A DNA stretch of 64,000 bases from a virus (Duplodnaviria; Caudoviricetes). The position numbers and the translations under genes are program-made. Each line of letters opens with the position of its first letter. The first letter of the stretch is position 1. The stretch is from positions 9,446-73,445 of IMG/VR virus record IMGVR_UViG_3300037310_000131; one strand, given 5' to 3'. Shown here in pieces: positions 5,058-15,661 of the stretch. The notes beneath the pieces are model-generated. The model had not been told where the DNA came from. It saw nothing but the letters and a program-made list of their open reading frames with translations, and made no database searches.

Positions 5058-5061
5058 CTTT

Positions 5062-5147
5062 GGAGACGCAATCCAGCAGGGCTGGAACGGGCCTTGAAAA
5101 CCCAGTGACGCGCAAGCGTTGGGATTCGACTTCTCGCGTCTCCGCCA
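5062..5147 (+). tRNA. tRNA-Ser(TGA)
   Basis: Loop CT-TGA-AA; long variable arm; G73; CCA. Confidence 0.85.
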
Positions 5148-5148
5148 C

Positions 5149-5236
5149 GGAGGGTGAACTGCTCAGGGAGCAGGGCGCTCTGGAAAGGCGTACGCCCGGT
5201 CAACCGGGTGGGTTTCGATTACTCCTCCCTCCGCCA
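5149..5236 (+). tRNA. tRNA-Ser(GGA)
   Basis: Loop CT-GGA-AA; long variable arm; CCA. Confidence 0.87.
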
Positions 5237-5240
5237 CTTT

Positions 5241-5326
5241 GGAAGCAACTGAGGGCAGTTCCTCAACCGGCCTCGAAACCCGGAGTGCCCGCAAGGGCAA
5301 TGGCGCAACTCCATTTGCTTCCGCCA
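5241..5326 (+). tRNA. tRNA-Ser(CGA)
   Basis: Loop CT-CGA-AA; long variable arm; CCA. Confidence 0.85.
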
Positions 5327-5327
5327 T

Positions 5328-5418
5328 GGTGAGTTAAGCAGCCGAGGCGCTGCCGGGGTTTGCTAAACCCTTGGACCGGCTAGCCCCGGTTGTGTGGCAG
5401 GAACACAACTCACCGCCA
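5328..5418 (+). tRNA. tRNA-Ser(GCT)
   Basis: GGGGT-TT-GCT-AA-ACCCT; long variable arm; CCA. Confidence 0.87.
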
Positions 5419-5476
5419 CTTTGTTCTTGCAATCGCCGCCGGGCGGGTACAAGGATGTCAACGAAACGCAACTAAG

Positions 5477-6112
5477 ATGAGCATCGCAAACATACTGAAC
5501 AGGCCCGTGCTTGTTCTGAATGCCAACTGGCAGGCCATCAGCGCCGCGAAGTCGGTCAAGCGCGCAATCGAGGACATGACAAGCGGAAGGCCCGAAGACG
5601 GATGGCTACCGCCTTTTCGCGGCATGGATGTCGAGCTAAACGCAGACGGCACCCTGTTCTACGCCAACCCGGTTGACTGGGACGAATGGGTGCGCCTTCC
5701 TGTGCGCCCCGGCATAGACGAGTTCGTTTCCACGGCGTTCCTCAAGATTCGCGCTCCCCGCGTCATCATATCGCGCAACTACAACAAGTCGCGCGTGCGC
5801 GTGGTTGCGCTTTCCAAGGGGGCCATCAAGCGTCGCGACGGGGGCCAGTGCCAGTACTGCCACAGGTTCTTCCCGATGGACGAGCTGAACATTGACCACG
5901 TGATTCCGCAGCACCATGGCGGCGAGGACACGTGGGAAAACATGGTTTGCTCTTGCATTACTTGCAATTCGCGGAAGGGTCACAAGTTCAACCACGAGAT
6001 TGGATACAAGCTGCTCAAGGAGCCGTCCAGTCCCGCGCCGGTTGCGGAAACAGCCATCTACATTGAAATCAAACACCCAACATGGACACCATTCCTCAAC
6101 CACCTGAAATGA
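5477..6112 (+). CDS. HNH endonuclease (McrA/HNH_5-like)
   Basis: VLVLNANW N-terminus; RDGGQCQYC...NIDHVIP..HGG..TWENMVCSCITCNSRKG. Confidence 0.87.
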   Translation: MSIANILNRPVLVLNANWQAISAAKSVKRAIEDMTSGRPEDGWLPPFRGMDVELNADGTLFYANPVDWDEWVRLPVRPGIDEFVSTAFLKIRAPRVIISRNYNKSRVRVVALSKGAIKRRDGGQCQYCHRFFPMDELNIDHVIPQHHGGEDTWENMVCSCITCNSRKGHKFNHEIGYKLLKEPSSPAPVAETAIYIEIKHPTWTPFLNHLK

Positions 6113-6501
6113 GCGAGAACATCGGAGAGGAGTCCATTCGCAAAATGCACGAGTGGATGAGGCTCCAGCGCGGCGAGCGCAACACCAACTTCTACCTCAC
6201 GTCCGCCATACTCTACCTGTGCGGCAGGGTTGAGGAGCTCGAGCGGAAGCTGGTAGAGCGCTCCCGCGCTTTCCAGCCGCCCGCTCCGCAGGATGTCGAG
6301 GAATATGCAAAGACCATCAACTTCACGGTTGACGGCGAGGCGTTTTGCTCATTCTATGAAGCTCGCGGGTGGATGATGGGCAAGGCCAAGATGAAGTCTT
6401 GGAAGGCCGCAGTCCGCACGTGGAAGCAGCGCCGCATGCCAGAGCAGAAGAAGGCCGGCCGCCTGCCAGACAATCTCTCCAACCTACATGACATCCCATA
6501 A
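6109..6501 (+). CDS. Phage replication initiator/replisome organizer-like protein
   Basis: FQPP..DVEEY...FCSFYEARGW..MKSWKAAVRTW motif; directly upstream of DnaB. Confidence 0.6.
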   Translation: MSENIGEESIRKMHEWMRLQRGERNTNFYLTSAILYLCGRVEELERKLVERSRAFQPPAPQDVEEYAKTINFTVDGEAFCSFYEARGWMMGKAKMKSWKAAVRTWKQRRMPEQKKAGRLPDNLSNLHDIP

Positions 6502-7861
6502 CAACGACCGCTCGCCGCCCCACAACGCAGAGGCAGAGGAGCACGTGATTGCGTGTTGCCTTCTGGACAGCGGGGAAACCATGACTCGCGCCATCTGCCA
6601 TGGCGTTCGCGAGGAAACCTTCTACTTGCCGCAGAACCGCGTCATCTGGCGCGCGATGCTGGGCCTTTTCACGCAGAAGAACACGGTCACGCTTGAGATG
6701 CTTATCGCAGAGCTCACCGTGCGCCGCCAGATAGATGAGGTTGGCGGCTTTCCATACCTCATGCAGGTAACCGGCAGGGTGCCAACCACGGTGCATGCTG
6801 GATACTTCATCGAGAAGGTGATTCAGATGCGCGCCCTCCGCGAGGCAATTCGCATCGGTACCTCCATTGTGGAGTCGTCGTACGGCTATGCCGGCGAGAG
6901 CATGGCGGAGCACCTAGCGCCATGGCTGGATGAGCTGTCCAAGGTGCAGAACGGCCTTACGGTGCGCGACGAGAAGACGCTGCAGGACGCCGCCGCCGAC
7001 ACCATCGAGATTGTCCGCAAGATGGCGTCTGGCGAGAACGTCGAGCCGGGCTTGGTGTCGTGGGGCTTCGCAGACCTAGACCGCATCTTCTACCCAATGA
7101 CACCGGGGGAGCTGGTCATCGTGGCCGCTCGGCCGAGCGTCGGCAAGACCACCTTCGCCGACCAGATTGCCATTGCCAACGCGTTTCGCGACAGTCGCCA
7201 CGTCGGAATCTTCAGCCTTGAGGTCACGGTTGAGCAGAAGCCGAGGAAGTTTGCCCAGATTATGTCGGGGCACTCGTGGCGTCGCCTGCCCAAGTTGCAC
7301 GAGAAGGACCGCATTGAGTTCATTCAGGCTCTGGATGATCTCAAGAAGAACAAGTACCTTCACTGCTTCTACCGCGAGCAGTCGATCGATGGCATTTGCG
7401 CGCGCATCCGGGCCCTCAACCAGCAGGGCAAGTTGCAGCTGGCCATCGTGGACTATCTGCAGCTTCTGGAGGTCGGCGGAAAGGCAACGTCGCGCAATGA
7501 CTCCATTGGTGACGCAACGCGCAAGCTGAAGCTGTTGGCGCTGGAGCTAAACATACCCATAATCCTCCTCTCTCAGCTCAGCCGAGCAAACGAGCGAGAG
7601 GGCCGTGAGCCGCGTCTGTCTGACTTGCGCGACTCAGGAAACATCGAGCAGGACGCTGACCGCGTGCTGTTGTTGCACCGACCGCAAATCAATCCAATCA
7701 CGAACATGCCTCAGGACACGCACGACGAGTCTGTCGATACTTTTTATACTGACATCATCCAAGCGAAGGGTAGGGATGTCGGCACGTTCAGGATTGGGGT
7801 CTACCTCAAGCGCAGCCGCACAACCTTCGTCCCAATCACAAGAAATGAAGTTCAGGTTTAA
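6488..7861 (+). CDS. dnaB: Replicative DNA helicase
   Basis: PHNAEAE N-terminus, Walker A AARPSVGKTT, IVDYLQL, LSQLSR, LSDLRDSGNIEQDAD. Confidence 0.95.
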   Translation: MTSHNNDRSPPHNAEAEEHVIACCLLDSGETMTRAICHGVREETFYLPQNRVIWRAMLGLFTQKNTVTLEMLIAELTVRRQIDEVGGFPYLMQVTGRVPTTVHAGYFIEKVIQMRALREAIRIGTSIVESSYGYAGESMAEHLAPWLDELSKVQNGLTVRDEKTLQDAAADTIEIVRKMASGENVEPGLVSWGFADLDRIFYPMTPGELVIVAARPSVGKTTFADQIAIANAFRDSRHVGIFSLEVTVEQKPRKFAQIMSGHSWRRLPKLHEKDRIEFIQALDDLKKNKYLHCFYREQSIDGICARIRALNQQGKLQLAIVDYLQLLEVGGKATSRNDSIGDATRKLKLLALELNIPIILLSQLSRANEREGREPRLSDLRDSGNIEQDADRVLLLHRPQINPITNMPQDTHDESVDTFYTDIIQAKGRDVGTFRIGVYLKRSRTTFVPITRNEVQV

Positions 7862-8423
7862 CCGCTCCCACCACAGCCAGCCAGACCGCTGGTCCTACAC
7901 GGTTCCAGATGGCCCGGTGTTCTCTGCCGACAGGCCGGGCGCACCGGGGTTGGACGAGTTGATCGAGAAGCTGTCAAAGTTCAGGCGGGCCAACGGGCTT
8001 CCTCCCGGTGACCCCGAGCACGACATCGCCATAACCTACGCTGTGCGCTATCCATGGCTTGTGCGCTCCGAGGATTCGGTTGGCAGTCCCGAGTCGATAG
8101 CCGAAGAGGCTGAGATGTGGCTCAATCGTATGTGGAGGTCGGCCCCGCTTCAGCTGGTCGAGGCCCGCGCGCGCGACGAGCGGTTTGATCGGTGCCTGAG
8201 GTGCCCATACTTCGAGCCTACGGACTGGGCCTCTGATGCCCCGGATGCCGCCCGCAAGCTTTTCATTCTGAACCCGGCCAAGCCGCGCGACGATCACGGT
8301 TGGTGCGTTGCGTATGGTGTTGTGCCGTCAGTGTTTGTTCAGTTGTTGACACCAAGTCAGCACGCCGACACAACGGACCCGGCGAAGGGGTGCTGGATAA
8401 CCGATCCACCAAAACAGGAGTAA
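7845..8423 (+). CDS. Hypothetical protein
   Basis: Overlaps the dnaB stop; Cys-containing C-terminus (RCLRCPY). Confidence 0.55.
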   Translation: MKFRFNRSHHSQPDRWSYTVPDGPVFSADRPGAPGLDELIEKLSKFRRANGLPPGDPEHDIAITYAVRYPWLVRSEDSVGSPESIAEEAEMWLNRMWRSAPLQLVEARARDERFDRCLRCPYFEPTDWASDAPDAARKLFILNPAKPRDDHGWCVAYGVVPSVFVQLLTPSQHADTTDPAKGCWITDPPKQE

Positions 8424-8427
8424 TGCC

Positions 8428-8622
8428 ATGCCAAGAAACGGAGCCAAAGCGTTCGGAGGAATGTACAACCATGACGTAATCAAGGAATTGCGTGCGTCTA
8501 ATGCGCAACTGCGGCTCATTCTCGCCGCCCTTGTGGAGCACACCGGAACATCGCAGGAGCAGCTCAACGACATCGCGTCCAAGTACCTGATGCAAAAGGC
8601 AAGCGAGGCCAAGCGAAATTGA
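8428..8622 (+). CDS. Hypothetical protein
   Basis: Short ORF in operon position. Confidence 0.5.
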   Translation: MPRNGAKAFGGMYNHDVIKELRASNAQLRLILAALVEHTGTSQEQLNDIASKYLMQKASEAKRN

Positions 8623-8681
8623 TGAGAGCTGGTCTCATTATGCCTTGACTGTCCCCGCATTTCTGTGTTTTCTGCGCATAA

Positions 8682-10913
8682 ATGGCGCGAAAACAGCAAA
8701 AACTGTCACAATCTGCAGACCTGCCCGACCTGACCGATGGAGAGGCCGATGCCTACGCGGAAAGCATGGGCAACGCACCAGAGGTTTCTCCACAGGGTCT
8801 TGAGGTACAAAACCGCACCATCACGTCGGTAGACCAAGCCGTCGGCGTCATCGAGGGCTTGGAGTTCGGTGCGCAAAAGCTGGTCAAGAACGCCGGCCGA
8901 ATTACGTCGCTGAAGCAGGGCAGGAAGCCGTACGACTCCAAGAAACTTGAGAAGCAGGGCAAGGGCTACAAGCTCAACATCAGCCCCGGTACGTTCTCGA
9001 CCACGCTGCGGCGCGTGGCCCCGCGTCTCTACATGCCCCTTCTGCAAGCGTCCACGCTGACGGCCGCGGAGCTCCCTGCCGGTACGATCAACGCCGAAGA
9101 GAAACAGAACCACTACCGTGAGGTCGTCACTCGCGCGATACGCTCATGGCCGCGCTGGCAGACGTTTGTGCGCCTCTTGGCCCAAGAGGTCGTGGATTAC
9201 GGGTTTGCCTTTGCCGCGTTCACCGACCCGTTCGAGTGGCAGCCGCACCTGTGCCGCATGGACCGTGGCTTCGTCCCGGCGGGCACCGAAATCATGGACC
9301 TCTCCCCGTCTTTCTTCGCGATGAAGTGGGACTACCAGCCCGACCAGCTCATTGGCATCGTGAAGGACGCCGAGGATGCTGGGGTGGCGGGATGGGACAA
9401 GGAGGCTGTTGCAAAGGCGGTTCAGGCATCTGCGCCGAGCACCGCGCCCCAGCGGGACCCCGTTGGCTGGCGCAAGTGGGAGGAGCTGGTTCGTGAGCAG
9501 GTCTGGAGCTACGGAACGTCCAAGAACTATCGCGTCATCGAGACGACTCACCTGTTTGCACTGGAGGCTAGCGGCAAGGTGTCGCACTACATTCTCAACG
9601 TGCGTGAGGACCACGCGGCCAATCTGCTGTACGAGAAGCACGACGCCTTTGAGAAGATGTCGGACGCCGTGATTCCAGTCACGTTCAACTCGACCGACGG
9701 AACCATCCATGGGTCATGGGGTGCTGGCCACCTGCTGTATGACTTGGGCGGCCTTTCCGAGAAAATCTTCTGTGACATGGTAGACAACCTGCGCAACGCC
9801 AACAAGCAGCGCCTGCAGGTAAACGACCCGAAGGACATCAATGATGTCAAGCAGGTTGTCAACGATACCGAGGTCATCGTGTCTGGGGCCCAGTTCGCCA
9901 ACAACATGGGCGGCGTTCAGCAAAACGTGGAGGCGTATATCAAGCTTCGCGACATCGTGCAGCAGACCATGGACTCCAAGGTTGGTGCCTACGTTCCGCC
10001 GATCCCGACGCAGTCCAGCGATGTCAAGGCCGCGCAGGTCAATGCGGCGATGCAGCAGGAGAAGGAGGTCAGCGACGACTCCATCGAGTTCTTCCTGAGC
10101 CAGATTGCATTTATCACCCATGCCATGAGTAGGCGTCTCACCGACCCGTCGTCCCCGAATGACGAGGCCAAGGAGGTGCTGAAGCGCCTGCGCGAGAAGC
10201 TGACGGACGACGAAATCAATACGCTGCGGCAGCAGCCCGTCATCCGCTCGGTCGCGGAGTTCACCCCGATGGCGGCGCAGGCCCGCGCCCAGTTCGCCGC
10301 CCAGTTCTTGGGTAATCAGCTCTACAAGCAGACGGAGCTGGCCCGCCTCACGGCAGAGGGCGTCCCGTTCGGTGGCACCCGCCTCGCCTCGCTTGTTGTC
10401 ATCCCGGATGGCGACCAGACGCAGCAGACCGTCGCCACCCGCGACCAGATCACCGAGAACACCACCATGATGTTCGGGGTCGAGGTTCCTGTCGCGATCA
10501 CCGACAACCACTGGGTCCACATGCAGGCGCTCAAGCAGCCGCTCATCGAAGGCGTCAACGCCAAGCAGTTCGGCCCCGCGCAGGTTGCGCTCAAGCACTA
10601 CGCGCAGCACTGGGCAACCGGCGTGGCTCAAAAGGTTCTTCCGCCAGACCAGATCAACACCGAGAAGTCCTTCATCGCCGACGTTGAGAAGGCCATCAAG
10701 AAGGGTTTGGAGCAACAGCAGCAGGAACAGATGCTTCAGCAGCAGATGGCCCAGCAGCAGCAAATGCCCCAGATGCAAGGTGGCGGGATGTCGCAAGGAC
10801 AAATTCCGGGTCTACCGGGCGAGCAGGGAATGCCAGTTCAGCAGGGCGTTCCAGAGTTCGGCCCGAATGAGGTGTCGCCAGCTGCATCCATGGGCGTACC
10901 ACAGGTGCAGTAA
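8682..10913 (+). CDS. Portal protein (head-tail connector), putative
   Basis: 743 aa, helical with Gln-rich tail; first gene of the head module, upstream of scaffold-like and capsid genes. Positional inference. Confidence 0.65.
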   Translation: MARKQQKLSQSADLPDLTDGEADAYAESMGNAPEVSPQGLEVQNRTITSVDQAVGVIEGLEFGAQKLVKNAGRITSLKQGRKPYDSKKLEKQGKGYKLNISPGTFSTTLRRVAPRLYMPLLQASTLTAAELPAGTINAEEKQNHYREVVTRAIRSWPRWQTFVRLLAQEVVDYGFAFAAFTDPFEWQPHLCRMDRGFVPAGTEIMDLSPSFFAMKWDYQPDQLIGIVKDAEDAGVAGWDKEAVAKAVQASAPSTAPQRDPVGWRKWEELVREQVWSYGTSKNYRVIETTHLFALEASGKVSHYILNVREDHAANLLYEKHDAFEKMSDAVIPVTFNSTDGTIHGSWGAGHLLYDLGGLSEKIFCDMVDNLRNANKQRLQVNDPKDINDVKQVVNDTEVIVSGAQFANNMGGVQQNVEAYIKLRDIVQQTMDSKVGAYVPPIPTQSSDVKAAQVNAAMQQEKEVSDDSIEFFLSQIAFITHAMSRRLTDPSSPNDEAKEVLKRLREKLTDDEINTLRQQPVIRSVAEFTPMAAQARAQFAAQFLGNQLYKQTELARLTAEGVPFGGTRLASLVVIPDGDQTQQTVATRDQITENTTMMFGVEVPVAITDNHWVHMQALKQPLIEGVNAKQFGPAQVALKHYAQHWATGVAQKVLPPDQINTEKSFIADVEKAIKKGLEQQQQEQMLQQQMAQQQQMPQMQGGGMSQGQIPGLPGEQGMPVQQGVPEFGPNEVSPAASMGVPQVQ

Positions 10914-10927
10914 CATACTCCAACCCG

Positions 10928-12541
10928 ATGTCGCAAGGACCGCTAATTGGAGACAACACAAATCTGCTGCTTAACAAAATCAGCATGGCTGGCTACCGAC
11001 CTAAACTAAGCGATCCGCAGAATCTTCTCATCAAGAAGCTCGTCAACGCGATCAATCAGCTACAGACTGGAGGTGGCTCGACGGGTCCGACCGGATACAC
11101 TGGATACACGGGCCCAGCAGGTGGCGGCGGTGCGACTGGGCCCACGGGTTATACGGGACCGGCTGGTGCGGATGGCGCGACTGGTCCAACTGGTTACACT
11201 GGCTACACCGGCACGGCAGGCGCTCCGGGATCAACCGGCTACACAGGCTACACCGGACCCGCTGGTATTGATGGTGCCACTGGCTACACAGGCTACACCG
11301 GACCCGCTGGAGTAGACGGGGCGACGGGCCCCACGGGATACACGGGTTACACAGGTCCCGGCAACTTTACCGGATACACGGGCCCTACGGGTTACACGGG
11401 ATATACCGGGCCCAATGGGTCAAACGGAAGCACCGGCCCAACTGGTTACACCGGCCCGGCTGGTCCTGATGGTCTTGACGGCCCTACTGGCTACACGGGA
11501 TACACCGGTCCACGCGGAGAGACTGGGCCAACCGGACCAACAGGCTATACTGGTCCCGGAAACTTCACTGGATACACGGGGCCCACTGGATACACGGGCC
11601 CGGATGGAGCGACTGGCCCCACCGGGTACACTGGCCCCCAAGGCCCAACCGGATTCACCGGCTACACTGGCCCGGGCAACTTCACCGGCTACACTGGCTA
11701 TACTGGTTACACCGGTCCTCAGGGGGCAACCGGGTTCACTGGCTACACCGGCCCAATTGGTCCCACTGGCGCAACTGGCTACACGGGCCCGGGCAACTTC
11801 ACAGGATACACTGGACCAACTGGCCCGACCGGATACACCGGACCGGGGAATTTTACGGGGTATACAGGCTACACTGGGCCCGCCGGTCCAACCGGCTACA
11901 CTGGCGACACGGGTCCGCAGGGCCCGACAGGACCGACTGGGTACACCGGTTATACTGGTCCCGGCAATTTTACCGGATACACTGGCTACACGGGGTACAC
12001 CGGTTATACTGGTCCCGGCAACTTCACTGGGTACACCGGGCCAACGGGACCAACCGGGTACACCGGCCCAGCGGGCCCGACTGGCCCAACCGGCTACACC
12101 GGTTACACGGGACCATCAGCGCTCTACGCCGCAGCCACGGCTGGAACGACGACCTCAACAAGCTTGGTTGACCTCAATGGTCTTTCGCTTGCCCTTACTG
12201 CTGGCACTTGGATTTTTGAGGCACTCATAAGCGGAAGCGCGGGCACTGGAACGGCTGGTGCAAAGTTTGGTGTACAGTACTCAGGCTCAACTACGTCTAT
12301 TGATGCGCTTCATGTCGGCCAGCTCAACACCACGGGGTGGGCGGCAACGGCAAGGATAACGGCCTTCAATACCGCCAGCACGACTGTTATGACAACCAGT
12401 GCGGCCCAGTGCCATGTAAAGATATTCGGCAAGGTTGTTGTTGCTGGTTCCGGCAACCTTACCATCAGGGGCCTAAAGGTCACATCCGGCACCCTGACCT
12501 ACAACGGCTCGTCTATGATGTGGGCATTCAAGGTGGCCTAA
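10928..12541 (+). CDS. Collagen-like (Gly-X-Thr repeat) fibre protein
   Basis: Several hundred residues of GPTGYT/GNFT triplets with a globular beta-rich C-terminus. Confidence 0.85.
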   Translation: MSQGPLIGDNTNLLLNKISMAGYRPKLSDPQNLLIKKLVNAINQLQTGGGSTGPTGYTGYTGPAGGGGATGPTGYTGPAGADGATGPTGYTGYTGTAGAPGSTGYTGYTGPAGIDGATGYTGYTGPAGVDGATGPTGYTGYTGPGNFTGYTGPTGYTGYTGPNGSNGSTGPTGYTGPAGPDGLDGPTGYTGYTGPRGETGPTGPTGYTGPGNFTGYTGPTGYTGPDGATGPTGYTGPQGPTGFTGYTGPGNFTGYTGYTGYTGPQGATGFTGYTGPIGPTGATGYTGPGNFTGYTGPTGPTGYTGPGNFTGYTGYTGPAGPTGYTGDTGPQGPTGPTGYTGYTGPGNFTGYTGYTGYTGYTGPGNFTGYTGPTGPTGYTGPAGPTGPTGYTGYTGPSALYAAATAGTTTSTSLVDLNGLSLALTAGTWIFEALISGSAGTGTAGAKFGVQYSGSTTSIDALHVGQLNTTGWAATARITAFNTASTTVMTTSAAQCHVKIFGKVVVAGSGNLTIRGLKVTSGTLTYNGSSMMWAFKVA

Positions 12542-12856
12542 ATGGTGTTGACATCACGACCGGCAAGCGTACAGTATCCCGCCATGGAACAGCCCATATT
12601 CACCGTAGTGTGCCGTGACGGCGTGGCCGCCCGCGTGCAAATGGTTGAGTACCACGGCCCCGGTGGCGGGCGCGTCCTTTTTGGCTTTCGCAACACGGCG
12701 CTCAAGCGGTTCGACAGAAACGGAATGGCCAACGAGGGCGGCGACATCTGGCGGATGAATGGCCGCTGGCGCTATGATGGCACTGAACACCCATTTGACA
12801 TCGTGAGAAACGTGCCGCCTTCCACAATTAACATCGCATCATATGCCGAGAACTAA
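12542..12856 (+). CDS. Hypothetical protein
   Basis: In-operon ORF. Confidence 0.5.
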   Translation: MVLTSRPASVQYPAMEQPIFTVVCRDGVAARVQMVEYHGPGGGRVLFGFRNTALKRFDRNGMANEGGDIWRMNGRWRYDGTEHPFDIVRNVPPSTINIASYAEN

Positions 12857-13100
12857 AGACGAGATTCTGTCCAAGGCCCACATGCAGGAGTGGGGGAGGT
12901 TTCTGGCCTCCGAGGCCGGTACGCGTGGCATGCTTTACATGCGCATGGCCTGCCCGCGGCTCGATCCCGCGACGGATGACGCCCTGATTCGGAACTCTGT
13001 TGGCTTTGAGTTCTGGCAAAAGGCGCTTGACAGGATTGAGCAGATTTCCGAAATTCCCCCGCGACCGATTCGAGACGAAATCGAGCCACTGGAAACATAA
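12843..13100 (+). CDS. Hypothetical head-module protein
   Basis: Translationally coupled; sits before the scaffold-like gene. Confidence 0.55.
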   Translation: MPRTKDEILSKAHMQEWGRFLASEAGTRGMLYMRMACPRLDPATDDALIRNSVGFEFWQKALDRIEQISEIPPRPIRDEIEPLET

Positions 13101-13102
13101 TC

Positions 13103-14665
13103 ATGAGCACACCAAACGACAAACTCGCGGAGCCAAACGTGGTTCCGGCAGAACTGCCACAGCGCGGCGCAGCTCAGGCTGCGGACAATGTAGACACGCA
13201 AACCAGCGCCCTTGGCGATATTCTTGGCGGCATGCAGAAGCTGCGTCCCGTTGAGCCAGAGGAGTCCGCCGCCCAGCGCGCGAGCGAGGCAACGCAGGAG
13301 CCCGAGAAGAAGGAGTTCCCTCCCGTTGGAACGAGTGACATCAAGGAGCAGAAGCAGGTCGAGTCCAAGATGGATGAGCAGGCCGAGCCGGGCTCCGCGC
13401 TTGAGGGCTTCCAGTCCGATCTTAGGAAGGCAAGGCGTGCCAAGGAGCGGGCCGCTCGCAAGCCGGCGGACCAGCAACAGGAGCCGCAGCCAGAAGAACA
13501 GAAGCCCGCCGAAGAGGGCAAGGCGGAGACGCCAAAGGTAGAGACGCCAAAGGTAGAGACGCCACCGGCGGATGACGCTCCGGTTAGCGAGGAAGAGATT
13601 CAGAAGACAATCAACGACCCCGCCATCTCCAAGCGCCACCAGAAACGCATGATCTACCTCGCCAACAAGGCGAAGGAGCTGGAGAAGAAGCTTGCGGACG
13701 CCGAGGCCAAGAAGTCCTCCCCGGAGAACGACGAAAAGGTCAAGGAGCTGGCAGCCAAGGTGGAGGCCAACGAGAAGGAGCTCATCAAGTACCAGCGCCG
13801 CTACTCGCTTGAGTCCGACCCCGAGCTCAAGAAGTTCGATGACATAGCCAAGCAGGCCGATGAGGCCATCTATGGCCGACTGTCTGGATTGCTTTCCGAA
13901 AAGACCGTTGACCTAATCAAGAAGATGGGTGGCCTTGAGGGCTTCTCGCGCTCAAATCAGGTGTTCACTGTCGATGTCGCTGAGGACGGCGAGACGGTGC
14001 AGCGTCAGGTCACGGCAGCCGACCTGACTCGCCAGTGGCTGAATACCATGAACGTGGCAGACTCCGAGTTCATTCGCGCCAAGCTTGGTGAGCGCATCAA
14101 CGCCGCCGACGCCAAGCAGCGCAAGGCTCAGGAGCTTGTGGAAGACTCCGAGAAGTGGTTCGCAGAAAGGCAGCGGGAGGCGGCCAAGCAGCAGGAGGCG
14201 CAACAAAACGCCGCCAAGGAGTACTACGGAACGTACGAAAAGCGCACCGCAGAGTTCATCGAGAAGGAGGCGCTGCTCAAGGACAGGGTTGTCCCGCCCA
14301 ACGCCACGCCCGAGGAGCGCAAGGAAATCGAGGACTACAACGCCCACAACGCCGGAGTTCGCGCCCTCGTCAAGATGGCTGCTGCGCCCAAGTCGGTTGA
14401 TGACCATGTCGCCGTCGTGCAGGAGGCTGCCCGCTCGCTGGTCAACGCCCGCGAGGTCAAGCGCCTGTCCAAGGAAGTAGAGCGCCTCACCGAGGAGCTG
14501 AACAAGGTCCGCAAGGGCGTGTCCACTACGGGCAAGCCCGGCAGCGCGTCCATCTCCCGCACCCCGCCCAAGGCCCCCGACACGTCTGCCGCTTCGCAGC
14601 TCAAAACCCCAGTCGCAGATAGCCTGCGCGAGGCGATGGAAAACCTGCGCAACCGAAGCGAATAA
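13103..14665 (+). CDS. Scaffold-like coiled-coil protein
   Basis: Acidic disordered N-terminus, long E/K/A/Q helices, upstream of the capsid gene. Confidence 0.55.
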   Translation: MSTPNDKLAEPNVVPAELPQRGAAQAADNVDTQTSALGDILGGMQKLRPVEPEESAAQRASEATQEPEKKEFPPVGTSDIKEQKQVESKMDEQAEPGSALEGFQSDLRKARRAKERAARKPADQQQEPQPEEQKPAEEGKAETPKVETPKVETPPADDAPVSEEEIQKTINDPAISKRHQKRMIYLANKAKELEKKLADAEAKKSSPENDEKVKELAAKVEANEKELIKYQRRYSLESDPELKKFDDIAKQADEAIYGRLSGLLSEKTVDLIKKMGGLEGFSRSNQVFTVDVAEDGETVQRQVTAADLTRQWLNTMNVADSEFIRAKLGERINAADAKQRKAQELVEDSEKWFAERQREAAKQQEAQQNAAKEYYGTYEKRTAEFIEKEALLKDRVVPPNATPEERKEIEDYNAHNAGVRALVKMAAAPKSVDDHVAVVQEAARSLVNAREVKRLSKEVERLTEELNKVRKGVSTTGKPGSASISRTPPKAPDTSAASQLKTPVADSLREAMENLRNRSE

Positions 14666-14667
14666 CC

Positions 14668-15249
14668 ATGGGAGACATCAACTACAAGTCATACGGGCAT
14701 GCCGTGGGCCTCAGGCTTTTGGGCATCGCCTATCCAGACCCCGGGGTCAACCCGAAGGACTACGCTGACATCCAGAAGTTCTCCCTCTGTACGGACGTGC
14801 GCTCGGAAGAGTGTGAGGTCATGTGCGGAAAGGAGAACTGCTGTGACGCCGTTCGCGGCGCGGCCTACGAGTGGGTTGGCTGCCGCTTCATCACCCGCCC
14901 CCCGTCCAAGGGGGCGTTTACCATCAAGGGCTCCATCGACGGCTGGAGGATCGAGTCGTGCATTTTCGATGGCCACGGCGACGAGTTCGACATCGAGGTC
15001 GGGCAGTTCGACAACTACTGGTATTTGGGCCGCAAGCCAACCCGCCGGGGTGTTGTGATGAATTGTCTTGCAACCGACGACCGGCCAATCAAGATCGTTG
15101 TGTGGGACGGCGAACCCCCTGTGGTTTCTGGCAGCAACGTCAAGGTGACGAAGGTGCCCAAGACCATTTGGCTCCCCTACTTCTGTTTCCGCTACATCCA
15201 AATCCGAATCCATAACCTGTTCAGCAAAAACAAGATAATCACAAAATGA
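14668..15249 (+). CDS. Hypothetical protein
   Basis: 193-aa in-operon ORF. Confidence 0.55.
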   Translation: MGDINYKSYGHAVGLRLLGIAYPDPGVNPKDYADIQKFSLCTDVRSEECEVMCGKENCCDAVRGAAYEWVGCRFITRPPSKGAFTIKGSIDGWRIESCIFDGHGDEFDIEVGQFDNYWYLGRKPTRRGVVMNCLATDDRPIKIVVWDGEPPVVSGSNVKVTKVPKTIWLPYFCFRYIQIRIHNLFSKNKIITK

Positions 15250-15548
15250 GCACACCCGAAAACAAAGAATGCGCGCAGGCATGCGCGCAGGCATGCGCCA
15301 AGTCACTCGTAGAGAGCGCAACCTTCCAGAGCCTCCACAAGCTGGTTGCTAAGATGGTGGGCATCGAGCAGGACCCAGACCTGCAGTCCGTGTTCAGTAT
15401 CGCCCGGGCACACGGCTACAAGGTTACCAGCCGCTTCTGGCACGACGAGCTCAAGGAGGCTGTTGAGTATGTCAATGCCACGCTTCAACGCGCCGCGGAC
15501 GAGAAAAAGGCCTCCGCTGAGTCCAACGTGGTACCGTTCGAGAAGTAA
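15246..15548 (+). CDS. Hypothetical protein
   Basis: ATGA overlap with the previous gene; followed by a terminator. Confidence 0.55.
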   Translation: MSTPENKECAQACAQACAKSLVESATFQSLHKLVAKMVGIEQDPDLQSVFSIARAHGYKVTSRFWHDELKEAVEYVNATLQRAADEKKASAESNVVPFEK

Positions 15549-15580
15549 CGCAACTTTGGGTTGGTTGGTTTGGTTGTTGG

Positions 15581-15621
15581 CCCCCTGTCGCCACAATGCG
15601 GCAGGGGGTTTGCGTTTTTTT
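15581..15621 (+). terminator. Intrinsic terminator
   Basis: CCCCCTGTCGC/GCGGCAGGGGG hairpin followed by a T-tract. Confidence 0.7.
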
Positions 15622-15632
15622 CAACATAGTAG

Positions 15633-15661
15633 TTGACAGACCAATAGGCCATATTTATACC
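15633..15661 (+). promoter_or_regulatory. Sigma70-type promoter upstream of the capsid gene
   Basis: TTGACA-17 nt-TATACC. Confidence 0.55.

Noticed and set aside
789-5400. Many 60-150 aa ORFs on both strands across the RNA island
   Set aside because: They overlap well-formed tRNAs and structured RNAs and have no protein motifs; only the HNH ORF and remnant were kept.
796-5418. tRNA-associated HDV-like (theta) ribozymes
   Set aside because: The tRNAs encode CCA, most spacers are only a few nucleotides, and I could not draw a nested double pseudoknot in the longer spacers. A covariance search would be needed to exclude them fully.
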